From: Flectonema sp. DT1601 | Lineage: Eukaryota | Direction: 5' to 3' | Length of the DNA stretch: 64,000 nt | Assembly (NCBI GenBank): GCA_964019425.1 | Contig: OZ025781.1 | Location: 992,001-1,056,000, forward strand | In this document: positions 43,693 through 55,724 of the stretch, piece by piece | Layout: the number at the start of each line of letters is the position of its first letter | How positions within the stretch are numbered: the first letter of the stretch is position 1 | The notes under the pieces: model-generated | Seen by the model: the letters and a program-made list of their open reading frames with translations, nothing else | The model's database searches: none | What the model was told of the DNA's origin: nothing | Made by a program: the position numbers and the translations under genes

Positions 43693-44703
43693 AGTTTCTT
43701 AACTTGATTCCCCTTTGCAGGGCCTTTTGATGAGGATAACATTAAAATATTTAAAACAACAAGTGGCTTTGTGGAACAGCTGTTTTCTTTCTTACCTTTT
43801 ATGTACCTGAGGAAGAAAGGAAGCGAGTGTAATATACGTGTTAATGAATCCCAATTCATTACTAATGATAGCAAAAGAAGATAAAAATTGGGGGTTTTCG
43901 GGAAAATGGAAAACGAGGGACAGCTGAAACAAAAAAAAAACAAAAAAAAACAATAATCGATTGATGGCTCACAAGGAGGAGGTTTTTTTGTATTTCAGAA
44001 CAAGAAGAAGATAGCAGGTAACATTACAGAAAAATCGCATTGCTTGCCGACCCACATTCTCAGCATGCGTGTGATTGGGGGAAATAAGGGCATCACGCAA
44101 TTATACACCACAAGGGTGCTTTTTTTTTTTTTTTTTTTTTTTTTTTCACCTAAGGTCGTGTGTCGCGCAATTAACAAAGTCTGTTTTTTTTCTGTTGTGT
44201 TTTTATTCTTTTTTTTTTTTTTTTTTTCAATTCCTCCGTTAGTTGTAATATTTTTCGAAGGTGAGAAAAAAAAAAAGAAAAAAAAAGAAAAGAAAAATCC
44301 GCAGGAAGTCGAGCGGAACTCCTCCTTGAGTGAGAGAACTAAACATGTCTCTCAAAAATGCCATTTTATCCCTTAAAAAAGCTGTTGTTTGGTTACTCAC
44401 TAAGTTTACAGCTTTGATTCGAACAAACTAGCGCCGTAGTATTCGCAGGTGCTCTACGCATCTATCGTCAACTAGTCACTTTAATAAATTGGGTGCGGGA
44501 TGCTGGAAAAGTACAAATAAAGGCACAATAAACACAAACGATTTTTCTTATTTTGGGAGCAGGGGAAGCGGAAGGGGAGTGAACAACGGGATGGGAAGGG
44601 TTTGGGAAACATATAAACTACGGAGAATCAGCAATAAGTACTTTAAAAACAAGGCTGAATATACATTAGTAGGAAATCAATCAGATGTCACAGACGAAGA
44701 GGT

Positions 44704-45477
44704 CTACTTCTCTTCAACAGCCTCAACAGCCTTAAGTTCATCACCATCACCATCGATGGTTCTGATGTATGGGAACTCACAAAGAGCATCCGATACCAAC
44801 AAACAAACAATCGCCACCAATGAGATCCCAAGTGCGACTCCGTAGAAAGCAACAGCGTATCCGTAAGAGAAGATGAAGTTAATCTGAATGGTGTCATCCC
44901 ATCCTCTCAATAATCTGGTGAACTCTCTACAGTTCAAGTTCTGGTTGTAAAAGAAGGCAGTCGCAATGACAGCGATGAAGTAGAAGATCGCTGCGAATCC
45001 GTGAGTAACAACACAGGCCAATCCGTATTTACGGCCTCCAACGTTACCACCGACAACTGAGAAACCAAGAGCGAAGGCTGCACTGAAAGCAGCAATGATG
45101 GTGGCTCCACAGACGAGCTCACCAACGTGCTGGATCTCACAGTCGTAAAGGTGCATAAAGTGAGCTGGACGGCTGTTGTATCCCAAAAGGTTGTTGCTGG
45201 TCAAGTTAAGGAATTCACTGTAACGCTTACCATGAGTCCATTGGTTTCCGTAGATGTCATAGTAAGCACCAATTCCGTATGGGAATCCAATTAATGGAAT
45301 GTCTTTAATAAATACTGGCTCAGCAGCCTCTGGGTTTCCAATCGTCTTAACGTCATTTCTCAACTCGAATAAACTCTTTCCATCAATCAGAGTCATTATC
45401 ATGAAGAGGAGGCCAACAGCTGCCACGAAGGCACTGATGATGAATGCCTTCGATGGGGTGGTCATTTTCTTTGCCAT
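44704..45477 (-). CDS. Amastin/claudin-like 4-TM surface protein, copy 1
   Basis: Four hydrophobic helices, Cys before TM2, FYNQNLNC and FSYGYAVAF before TM4, as in amastins. Confidence 0.7.
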   Translation of the reverse strand: MAKKMTTPSKAFIISAFVAAVGLLFMIMTLIDGKSLFELRNDVKTIGNPEAAEPVFIKDIPLIGFPYGIGAYYDIYGNQWTHGKRYSEFLNLTSNNLLGYNSRPAHFMHLYDCEIQHVGELVCGATIIAAFSAAFALGFSVVGGNVGGRKYGLACVVTHGFAAIFYFIAVIATAFFYNQNLNCREFTRLLRGWDDTIQINFIFSYGYAVAFYGVALGISLVAIVCLLVSDALCEFPYIRTIDGDGDELKAVEAVEEK

Positions 45478-46096
45478 CTTACTTGTGATAAGAGAGATCT
45501 GTTTTTTATGAAATAGAGTTAGAGAGAAGTAACAAAAACAATGAAGAAACAGAATCAGAGATGTAACCTCTCACCCCAGTACATCACACACAGAAACCCT
45601 GATGAAAAGAATAATAATAAAACATTAGTAATATAAAGAACAGCATTAACATAAAAAGAAATTGATGGCAAACTAACCACATGACTTGAATAAGAAAAGA
45701 GGGAACGGGGCACACATCCGATCCACGATAGGTGTTTCGGAGGTTGCGGGTTTTTTTTTTTTTTTTTTTCGACATCCACTGCAATATAAAATCACCTTCA
45801 AGGGAACACACAGTAACAATGTGTTGTCATCCATGCAGAAAGAAAACCCAATTGGTAAAGTCACACGCAAACACAGACTCTCGAATTCACTTTATTTTTT
45901 CCTTCTAGCATCGTGGGTGGGTTGGAAGGGACGGGTACATATTGGGCATTTTAACAAAGCTAATGCAAGGCTACAAAGAAGCGATCGTTCAGACACCATT
46001 CTGATGTCTTAATTGGGAAGCAATTGAAAACGACCACAACAATTACGGTTTCCCTTTTGAACATTGAAATCAATCAGATGTCACAGACGAAGAGGT

Positions 46097-46873
46097 CTAC
46101 TTCTCTTCTTCAACAGCCTCAACAGCCTTAAGTTCATCACCATCACCATCGATGGTTCTGATGTATGGGAACTCACAAAGAGCATCCGATACCAACAAAC
46201 AAACAATCGCCACCAATGAGATCCCAAGTGCGACTCCGTAGAAAGCAACAGCGTATCCGTAAGAGAAGATGAAGTTAATCTGAATGGTGTCATCCCATCC
46301 TCTCAATAATCTGGTGAACTCTCTACAGTTCAAGTTCTGGTTGTAAAAGAAGGCAGTCGCAATGACAGCGATGAAGTAGAAGATCGCTGCGAATCCGTGA
46401 GTAACAACACAAGCCAATCCGTATTTACGGCCTCCAACGTTACCACCGACAACTGAGAAACCAAGAGCGAAGGCTGCGCTGAAAGCAGCAATGATGGTGG
46501 CTCCACAGACGAGCTCACCAACGTGCTGGATCTCACAGTCGTAAAGGTGCATAAAGTGAGCTGGACGGCTGTTGTATCCCAAAAGGTTGTTGCTGGTCAA
46601 GTTAAGGAATTCACTGTAACGCTTACCATGAGTCCATTGGTTTCCGTAGATGTCATAGTAAGCACCAATTCCGTATGGGAATCCAATTAATGGAATGTCT
46701 TTAATAAATACTGGCTCAGCAGCCTCTGGGTTTCCAATCGTCTTAACGTCATTTCTCAACTCGAATAAACTCTTTCCATCAATCAGAGTCATTATCATGA
46801 AGAGGAGGCCAACAGCTGCCACGAAGGCACTGATGATGAATGCCTTCGATGGGGTGGTCATTTTCTTTGCCAT
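46097..46873 (-). CDS. Amastin/claudin-like 4-TM surface protein, copy 2
   Basis: Protein identical to copy 1 except for one extra Glu at the C-terminus. Confidence 0.7.
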   Translation of the reverse strand: MAKKMTTPSKAFIISAFVAAVGLLFMIMTLIDGKSLFELRNDVKTIGNPEAAEPVFIKDIPLIGFPYGIGAYYDIYGNQWTHGKRYSEFLNLTSNNLLGYNSRPAHFMHLYDCEIQHVGELVCGATIIAAFSAAFALGFSVVGGNVGGRKYGLACVVTHGFAAIFYFIAVIATAFFYNQNLNCREFTRLLRGWDDTIQINFIFSYGYAVAFYGVALGISLVAIVCLLVSDALCEFPYIRTIDGDGDELKAVEAVEEEK

Positions 46874-47124
46874 TTTTGATACGATGCGAAATGCTACAGG
46901 TGAAGTGAATATTATACCATAAAACTATTCATTTATAATAACAACACAGAGAAGTGAATACAACACAATGCCTTCTCTAGATGGTCGCAACATATTTCTG
47001 TTATGTTCAAAAAGAAAAAATAATAATAACTACTTTTTCACTAGGACTCCTTACTTTACTGCTTGATGATAAAAATGATACGTAACTGTGGCTACTCAAA
47101 AATGACGTCGCCATCTTTTTCTTC

Positions 47125-47156
<32 letters not shown>

Positions 47157-47316
47157 GTCTTCGTTCTTTCCCCCTCAACGCTTATGGCCCTCACTGCATT
47201 CTAGTTGAACCATTGTGGTTCAACTTATGAAAGAACTACTGCTGGGATGAGACCACGTAATTAAGTAAAAGATCAACAAACAAGAATTATAAAACAACTG
47301 AGATTAGATTGATTTC

Positions 47317-49764
47317 CTACTGAGCAATCATATTTAGAATCGCATCTTCTTGAGATTCAGTTTTGGACTTCTTCTTCCCGGAGATGACTCGTTTTTTCCT
47401 CTTTACGATTTGTTTCTTAATTGCAGGCTGTTCATCAGAGTCAACAGAGGAATCAGCGTTTCCAAGACTGTCAACACTTCTGAGATCCGCATCAAAAGAG
47501 ACTTCAGAACGGCTGTCACTTTCATACTCCGCATCAAGAACCGCAATATCATTATCTCCTGTCTTTTGACGACCTTCTCCACGCAGTTCCTTTCTCTTTT
47601 CCTTTTTCAAACGATGCCTTTCTTGGATTCTTTTCTTCTGCCTCTCTAAATCTTCCGGATCAGCATCAGCAACTTTCTGAGCTTGTTCCCGTTGAAATGC
47701 TTCCTGCGCCTGGTTGTTTTTTTCAAAGTCGTTTTCCCAATCCTCTTTGAGGGTTGGAACTGTCCTTTGAGATTCTACATTTGATTTCTCTTTACTACGC
47801 AAGTCTCGTACAGCTCGTTCAAAAGCAGTGAGTTCGACTCCTTCGTCATCGCTGTCACTACCGTATACTACTTTAGTACCACGGGCGTTTTCAGGGAGGG
47901 AGAGAGGATTGGAACGAAGCTTCTTTAGATTACGACGAGACATTTTAATCGCAGGCATGTCTGCTCCTGTGTCTGTTTTTTCTTCGTGTTCAACATCATC
48001 TGGGATATCCATTGCTTCTGTTGATCTTTTTACTAAAATATCATCCGAGTCTGATGACTCATCATCCGACTTATCGACTAACCTCTCTCTGTGTTCTTGG
48101 ATTGTTGTTGCGTGACGTGATGTCTTCTTTCGTTCCTTTTTAGTCATAGCATTCGATTCCTTCTTTGCTTCTTGCATGTTACGAATATCCCATGAAGTAT
48201 TCTTAAGGTTCTTCGTTCCCTGTGAGATGAATCTCATAGTGGGTGGTGCAGCAAGTCCAAAACTAGTACTCAATTCTACAGTATCAATTTTGTTAACATT
48301 AAAGACTTCTTTGTCAGATTCGAAATATATACTTCTCAGGTATGAGATTACAGCTTTTTGAGCATTTGCTTTCAACTCTGGATCCTGAACAAGTAAGGCA
48401 ACCAGAAGTGGAGTAACAGAGTGAAGATGCTTTGGGTTGACGTCAATCTCACGAAGTCTGACTTTCTTCTCCGCAAGTCTCTTTAAAAATAACTGTTCAG
48501 CTTCAGTTACAACTAACAAGGATGCTCCATTAGCACCTGCTCTAGCTGTTCTACCGACTCTATGAATGTAAGTATCAGTGTCAGTTGGACAGTCCATCTG
48601 AACAACCCATTTAATTGCTCTAAAATCAAGTCCTCTGGCAGCAATATCTGTACAGAGAAGAACAGCTGCTGACTTTTGATTAAACGCTTCAAAGACTTCA
48701 TTTCTTTGAGAAGGTCTCATCTTACCAGTTAAACACATTGCACAGATACCGTCTTTCTTCATTATTCTAGTGAGGGACAGGTATGCGTACTTGACTTGAT
48801 TACAAGTAGCAAAGAATATTATTGTCTTTTCTCTTGTAAACTTTTTCATAAAACTATAAAGTACTGAAAGTTTATCAGAAGCTTCCACGACTGTGAAATT
48901 TTGACAAAGTTTTTTTGGAGTAACTAATTTACTGTTTAAATGAACTTGTGCGTAGTAAGGGTTCTTAACGCTTAATCTAGCTAGAGACTCAAGTGACTTT
49001 GTTTGTGTTGCTGAGAACAGAAGTGTCTGCATACCATTTGGTAGTATTTGAAGTATGTTGTCAATCGTTTCTTGAAATCCCATATCAAGAAGTCTATCGG
49101 CCTCATCAAGAATCAACATCTTACAGTTCGTAGTATCGAAGTTGTAGGTGCTGTCTAAATGATGAATAAGTCTTCCTGGAGTTGCAACGATAATATTTAT
49201 GTTTATAATATCAGATTCATCACCAATATCTGTTCCTCCAATTACGATTCCTCCTGTTAGGTTATGCCATTTACCAATCATTTTTACTACTTGAAATATT
49301 TGTGTGGCAAGTTCTCTTGTTGGAGCGATGATGATACCTCCGAGACCGTCTTCAGCACACCAATTGTTTCGGTAGAGAAGTTCAATCATTGGAACTACGA
49401 AGGAAAGAGTTTTACCACTTCCAGTCTTTGCTGCTCCGAGGACATCTCTTCCTTTTAGAGCTGCTGGGATGGTTAGTTTTTGAACTTCAGTTGGAACCGT
49501 GAAATTAAATTTCTCGAGTCCCCTCTTCGTGATGTCCGAAATTGGCATGTCGGAAAAACTTTCAAACTTTGCTTCTTCATCCATCTTTTCAAGAGTTTCT
49601 ATTATATTCTTCATTTCCACTACTTCTGCTTCCCTCTTTCTGATCTTAGCGTCCTTCTTAGTACTTCCTGAATCTTTACTTCCTTTGTTACCGCCTTTGC
49701 TTCCTTTACCACCTTTCTTTCCACCTTTCTTCCCACCCTTTTTCCCGCCATTCTTCCCACCCAT
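47317..49764 (-). CDS. DBP4: DEAD-box RNA helicase DDX10/DBP4
   Basis: Motifs GAAKTGSGKTL, DGLGGIIIAPTRELA, DEAD, SAT, ARGLDF, HRVGRTAR, plus a DBP4-type C-terminal extension. Confidence 0.9.
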   Translation of the reverse strand: MGGKNGGKKGGKKGGKKGGKGSKGGNKGSKDSGSTKKDAKIRKREAEVVEMKNIIETLEKMDEEAKFESFSDMPISDITKRGLEKFNFTVPTEVQKLTIPAALKGRDVLGAAKTGSGKTLSFVVPMIELLYRNNWCAEDGLGGIIIAPTRELATQIFQVVKMIGKWHNLTGGIVIGGTDIGDESDIININIIVATPGRLIHHLDSTYNFDTTNCKMLILDEADRLLDMGFQETIDNILQILPNGMQTLLFSATQTKSLESLARLSVKNPYYAQVHLNSKLVTPKKLCQNFTVVEASDKLSVLYSFMKKFTREKTIIFFATCNQVKYAYLSLTRIMKKDGICAMCLTGKMRPSQRNEVFEAFNQKSAAVLLCTDIAARGLDFRAIKWVVQMDCPTDTDTYIHRVGRTARAGANGASLLVVTEAEQLFLKRLAEKKVRLREIDVNPKHLHSVTPLLVALLVQDPELKANAQKAVISYLRSIYFESDKEVFNVNKIDTVELSTSFGLAAPPTMRFISQGTKNLKNTSWDIRNMQEAKKESNAMTKKERKKTSRHATTIQEHRERLVDKSDDESSDSDDILVKRSTEAMDIPDDVEHEEKTDTGADMPAIKMSRRNLKKLRSNPLSLPENARGTKVVYGSDSDDEGVELTAFERAVRDLRSKEKSNVESQRTVPTLKEDWENDFEKNNQAQEAFQREQAQKVADADPEDLERQKKRIQERHRLKKEKRKELRGEGRQKTGDNDIAVLDAEYESDSRSEVSFDADLRSVDSLGNADSSVDSDEQPAIKKQIVKRKKRVISGKKKSKTESQEDAILNMIAQ

Positions 49765-49982
49765 TGTTATGTTGGAAAGCTGTGAGATGGATTTTTATAA
49801 TAATTTCTAGGCAACTGACCCTGTCAAGAAACTGAATAAGAAGATGGACAACATTTTAATTACGAACTAATTAATTCGAATTGGATTGTAAAGACCCCCC
49901 ACGTGACGGTCGTGTAACAGAATGAATTTTAAAACATTAAAAAAAAAAAAGTTAAATAATATCGTTGAGTGAGAACAGCTGA

Positions 49983-50249
49983 TTATGATACAGAACAACC
50001 AACCCCAGGTAGTATACTGCTACCTTTACAAACTGAATTTGGTTTATCCCACGAACAGTATCTACTGCCATCAGGATACATCGCTCCTATACATTCAGCG
50101 TCACTGTGTAGTGTTCCACATGGTGGTTCAGTATCTACTTGAGCTTGCTTCTTGTGTGCTCGTACAACAGTTTTTCCACCTGCTTGTTTTGATGTGTCTT
50201 TTACACTCATTCCTCCAGAGGATCCTAGTGATAGCTTTACTCCACCCAT
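49983..50249 (-). CDS. Small hypothetical protein (88 aa) with Cys-rich C-terminus
   Basis: ATG-initiated ORF on the gene strand in a GC-richer island between AT tracts; five Cys in the last ~45 aa. No recognised family. Confidence 0.45.
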   Translation of the reverse strand: MGGVKLSLGSSGGMSVKDTSKQAGGKTVVRAHKKQAQVDTEPPCGTLHSDAECIGAMYPDGSRYCSWDKPNSVCKGSSILPGVGCSVS

Positions 50250-50813
50250 TGAAACTTTTGTTTTTATTCCAACAACATTTTTTTTTTTTTTTTTTTTAAT
50301 AAAATTTGATGCGGTTCTATAGAAAGGGGAAATAACATGTATTTCATTAAAAAAAGAGATTTTTTTTTTTTTTTTGTAGTGTCTTCAAATTTGATTTCAT
50401 TGAAATAAATCTCGCTGGTGATGCCATATTAAGCCCCCCCCAACAAAAAGAAATAATCATTCTTTAAAAAAAAAAAAAAAAAAAATGAAATGAAATGAAA
50501 TTTTAAAAAAAAAAAAGTGAGTATGACTCTTTTCTCGCTATTGCTCTTATAATTAATTCTAATTAAGCTATTTTAAATATTATCGTTGGGACAAGTTGAG
50601 TTAGAGTGCCACATAAAAATGGAAGCAAGAAGAGCTCTCTTTTCTTATATTATTTTTTTAAAAAATAGGAACAGAACGCAAAAAGAAAAAAAAAACAGTG
50701 CGTGTGACATTCAGGTGTAAGAATTAACTTTATTAGTACCACAAGACAATTAGCTACCCCACAGTGACATACAATAACATAAGGTTCCGAATACGAACAT
50801 GCCATAAGTTAAC

Positions 50814-52163
50814 TTACGCACCGCGAGATGATCCTTTAAGTTCCTGGTCACGAAATCGCATGTCTTTGTCGAGCTTTTCAGCCACTGTAAACTTGTGGCA
50901 ACAGAACACCCCAAGCAGGTGTGTCACAAACAGTATGAAGAAGGCAGTGTCTATAGATCGTTGTGCCCCAGCATATAACAACAAACAGACGAAAAGATTC
51001 ATCGGAACTCTGAAAAAGTTCGATATCGCAGCGCGCGTTTCCTCAGGTAGATGAGCAGCGCGAAGTGTTGCATAGCAAGGGAAGAACATTCCACAAGACA
51101 TTTCAAACAATAAGAACGATGATAATACAGCAGCGTACGATTTGGTTACCAATGGAACCAACGCACATAAACACGGTATGATATGAAGTACGTATAGTAC
51201 CCTACTTGAGAATCTTTTAAACAGAGAAGAAAGTTCATAAAGTAAAGAACCAATCATTGTACACGCCATAAAGGCTGAGAATATCCTTCCATAAGGTAGA
51301 TTTGTATCACCCGCAGATTGGTTAAGTGCTGGAGTCCACAGAAACACCCACAGGAATAATCCCGTGTCAAAACACGACTGTGCGGCTCCTAAGCAAAGAA
51401 GTTTAAAATCACTCTTGAGGGCTTCAATGGCAGGTGCAAACGGTGCAGCTTCTCGATCCCCGTAGTTTTCACTCCAGGTAACTGCAAGAAGAAGAAGAAC
51501 CATACTTAAAGGTGCGATTGCGAGTACAAATGGAGCAGCGTATCCATACAAGTCTGCAACAGTACTGGCGGAAATACCAGCAGCTACAGCCATAATCCCA
51601 TTGAGTTGTGTTGCCCATGCGAATGTATTAGTTAGAAGGTGTTGAGGATAACCTCTTGATAAGTGTTCCGACACCATCCATGATTCGAACGTAGTCGATA
51701 ACAGTGATGTCGCAATACCTGCTAAGAATCTCCCTAACATTAGAACGTAATAGTCATTCACAAGTTTTGTTATTGCGGATAAAGCGTACACAATACAAAA
51801 TACATAACATAGTTTACGTCTACCAAACCTATCAGCGATAGCACCGCAGTATGTTCCACAGATAAGTGAAGACATGAATCCGGTTATGTAAAGGTTCGCT
51901 ATTTCTGTTTTATCATATCCATAGCTGTGGTACAGTGCGTAGACGTACGGACCTTTCAACCAATCACTGAACATTACAAGACTGTAGACAGCAAGATAGT
52001 TCATTTGAAAATTTCGAAAACCATCTCCACCAGCGCCTGCCACAGATGAATCGCTTTCACTCTGAACAGTCTTTTGTGGTTGAGCAATTCGTCTTATAAG
52101 AAACCAACCAACAGCATAAAGAAATAGTAACGCGTACAGTATTTCATCTGTGCTATTAATCAT
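50814..52163 (-). CDS. MFSD5: MFS molybdate-anion transporter (MFSD5/MOT2 family)
   Basis: Motifs DWLKGPYVYALY, GRFLAGIATSLL..TFESWMV, FLWTPAL, FRVPMN. Confidence 0.9.
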   Translation of the reverse strand: MINSTDEILYALLFLYAVGWFLIRRIAQPQKTVQSESDSSVAGAGGDGFRNFQMNYLAVYSLVMFSDWLKGPYVYALYHSYGYDKTEIANLYITGFMSSLICGTYCGAIADRFGRRKLCYVFCIVYALSAITKLVNDYYVLMLGRFLAGIATSLLSTTFESWMVSEHLSRGYPQHLLTNTFAWATQLNGIMAVAAGISASTVADLYGYAAPFVLAIAPLSMVLLLLAVTWSENYGDREAAPFAPAIEALKSDFKLLCLGAAQSCFDTGLFLWVFLWTPALNQSAGDTNLPYGRIFSAFMACTMIGSLLYELSSLFKRFSSRVLYVLHIIPCLCALVPLVTKSYAAVLSSFLLFEMSCGMFFPCYATLRAAHLPEETRAAISNFFRVPMNLFVCLLLYAGAQRSIDTAFFILFVTHLLGVFCCHKFTVAEKLDKDMRFRDQELKGSSRGA

Positions 52164-53462
52164 TTATGTTACTAACAGACTCTGGTATAGTAAATGTAAT
52201 AATAAATGTTAAGTATTTTTAAAATCCTCCTCTTTTTTTTTATTAAAACTCCTAATGACGAGAATGGGTTGGAAGAGGGATTTGAGATAATTTCTTTTTC
52301 TTTTATGTTTTATAATTTTTTTTTTAGCAGTCTGGTTACCTAGGTTAGGAGGCTGTACTATATAATCTATTCGTTTACTTTGTTATAAGTTGTTATTATT
52401 ATTTACTTCTCCTTTTTTTTTTTTTTTTTTTTTCTTTTTTGTATTCAAACAGGTCACTAAAAACGGCAGCATAAGTGTTACTAAGTGCCTTCTTTTTTTT
52501 TTTTTTTTTTTTTTTTCCCTCCCAATCCCGGAACTGCAATCGTCATCCAAAAAAAAAAAAAATTGAAAAATAATAACAAAAGGAAGACAGTACCACTGCA
52601 ATGCGGGAATGGCGGTTTTTTTTTGATAAATCAATCCAAAAAAAGTGGGATTGTTATTATATCATCAGTAGCCTTTCGAAGTTTCTAATTATTAATCATC
52701 CCGGGATATATGTGAGAAAAAAGAAAAAGGAAAAATCTCCAAGGGGGGTAGGGATTTAAAAAATCAAAAAAAAAAAAAAAAAAAAAAAAAAACCGCTTCA
52801 CTCTTTATGTGCCTTAAATAATAAGGCTCTCAGAAATTGGTGAGAAGCTTAACTTAACAAATATGACAATCGTAACTACCATTTGTCAACCCATTCTCTC
52901 AATCCAATTTACTGAGCTAAACAACTTACTATTTAACAATACACGGGCAAGTAGACAGATTGAAAAAAAAAAGAAAAAAAAAGAGACGAAGCAAGAAACG
53001 TACAGCGACAACAAAAAAACACAATATACAAACACACGCGACCCGTATGGAAAAAGAAAGCCGATCTACAAGGAAATAAAGATTCCCGCAAGGGCAATAA
53101 TAATTCCCACATTTACTCTGCTACGGTTCGGTAACAGGGTCTTCCAGCGATTCGACTCATGATTCTTTCGAAGGAGAAAGCCAAGGAGGTTATTATACTC
53201 CACAGACTTGTGAATTCTTATGGAAGGAGAGTAAGGAAGTCAGAAGTTCCGAAACGCACACAAGACTACTAAAAACCTTTAAACAGGTTGTTAAAGAATT
53301 GCAAAGAAGACCGTACCCGAAAAATTGAAAAGTTGTGAAAACCAACATAACATGTAGATATGGTTATCAACAAACAATGAGCGAATTAGGTAGGAGTACA
53401 ATGCACTCCTCTCAGTCATCAACTCAGAATAGTAATTTCTAACAAATTGATATCTCGTAATC

Positions 53463-54173
<711 letters not shown>

Positions 54174-55724
54174 TTAGTAGTTTTCGTCTCTGAAGATTAA
54201 AAAAAAATAAAAAACTAATTTTTTTTTAAAAAAAAAAAAAAAAAAATCCTAAACCTAAGCTATGTCCCACAATAGTGTGAAAAATTTTTAAACTTTCGTA
54301 TATAAAAGCCATTTAGGTAAAACATGAAGAGGAGAAACGAAAAACAGATTCTCAACTAATTAATGTCTGATACGCCAAATATGACGACCTATACCTAAAA
54401 ACACGAACCTATGCAGCAGACCTTCCTTTGTAAGTTAACATAACATAAGAATCGTGTGGTTAAAACAATTATCATGAGCTTTCAAAAAGTTTTTGTTGAG
54501 GACTTTTTATTTCTTTATTAAGTATTAAATATATCTACGTGGACAAACAACATGGTGTACCACTTTTTTTTTTTTTTTTTTTTTAATCACAATTTTGTCA
54601 TGAGTTTGGAAGGATGCGGCAGCAGACTGTATTCTGTTGGAATATCCATGACATGTGTGTTTTTTTTTTTTTTAAAAAACAAAACAAAAAAAAAAAAAAA
54701 AAAAAATAGATGGGGAAATTATAATTGAAGCAAATGGGAAAAAAAAAGTGAAAGTCTTTTTTTTTTATTTTTTATTAATTATTCTTATTTTGCGTCTATT
54801 TTCTTAAAATGTTTTTTTTTTTTTTTTTTTTTTTTCTTGAAAAGGGGAATGTATAATAATAATCTCAAAAAAAGAACAACAAAAAAAGGCATCTATTACG
54901 CAGTAAGAGTAAATTGACTCGAACCTGTTTGGAATTAAAAAAAACACCAAAAAACAACAACAAAGGCAACACTATTGGTGTGTGTTGATTCCTCATTTGG
55001 TTGTCGCTAAGATTCTCAGCGTGTGAATGAGGAGCGCATGTATTTAAAAAAGATGGTCGTTGTTTATTTTAAGTATCGTAAAAATGAAAGAGAATATAAG
55101 GAGTAGCACACATAAATCTCCTTTAGCTTTATCAGTTTAAGTCGATTCACCGTTTTGTGCGCAAACAAAACATCAACAAGGTTATATAACTATTTCCTGT
55201 GCAGGTTAAGTTTAAGCCCATTATCTATTTTTTTCTTTTTTTTTTTTTTTTTTTTTGTTCAGTTTTTTTGCTGCCGAAAAGCAAGATCCTATCTGTGAGT
55301 TAATGTGAGACTGCATTCTTAAAGCTCAGGGAGGGACAGGTATTTCGGAAAGTTGATATTCGCCGAAACAGAAAACTGGTTCTGCTAGTCTTTCTGACTT
55401 TCTCCCACCACTGTAACAATACAGCTTCTTCATATCAAGCAACAAAACAAAATCGAATAATAAAAATAATAAAACAAAATACGAGAAAGCATTTGGTTGA
55501 AGTAAATAAGTTAAAAGGCTACCCAATTCGGGAATTCCTTAACCGGATCTACGGAGTGGGTGGACAGGTGCTTTTGACAGACTTGTTGTGAATGAGTATT
55601 ACGAGACCACGTGTCTCGCAATATAAAGTAATTAATCTCTAAAGTTTTTTAGTATTTCATTCAAACTGCAGTAACCGTTTTTTTTTTTAATCTGAAGACT
55701 GACAATGGAATAATTGCAGCTACT

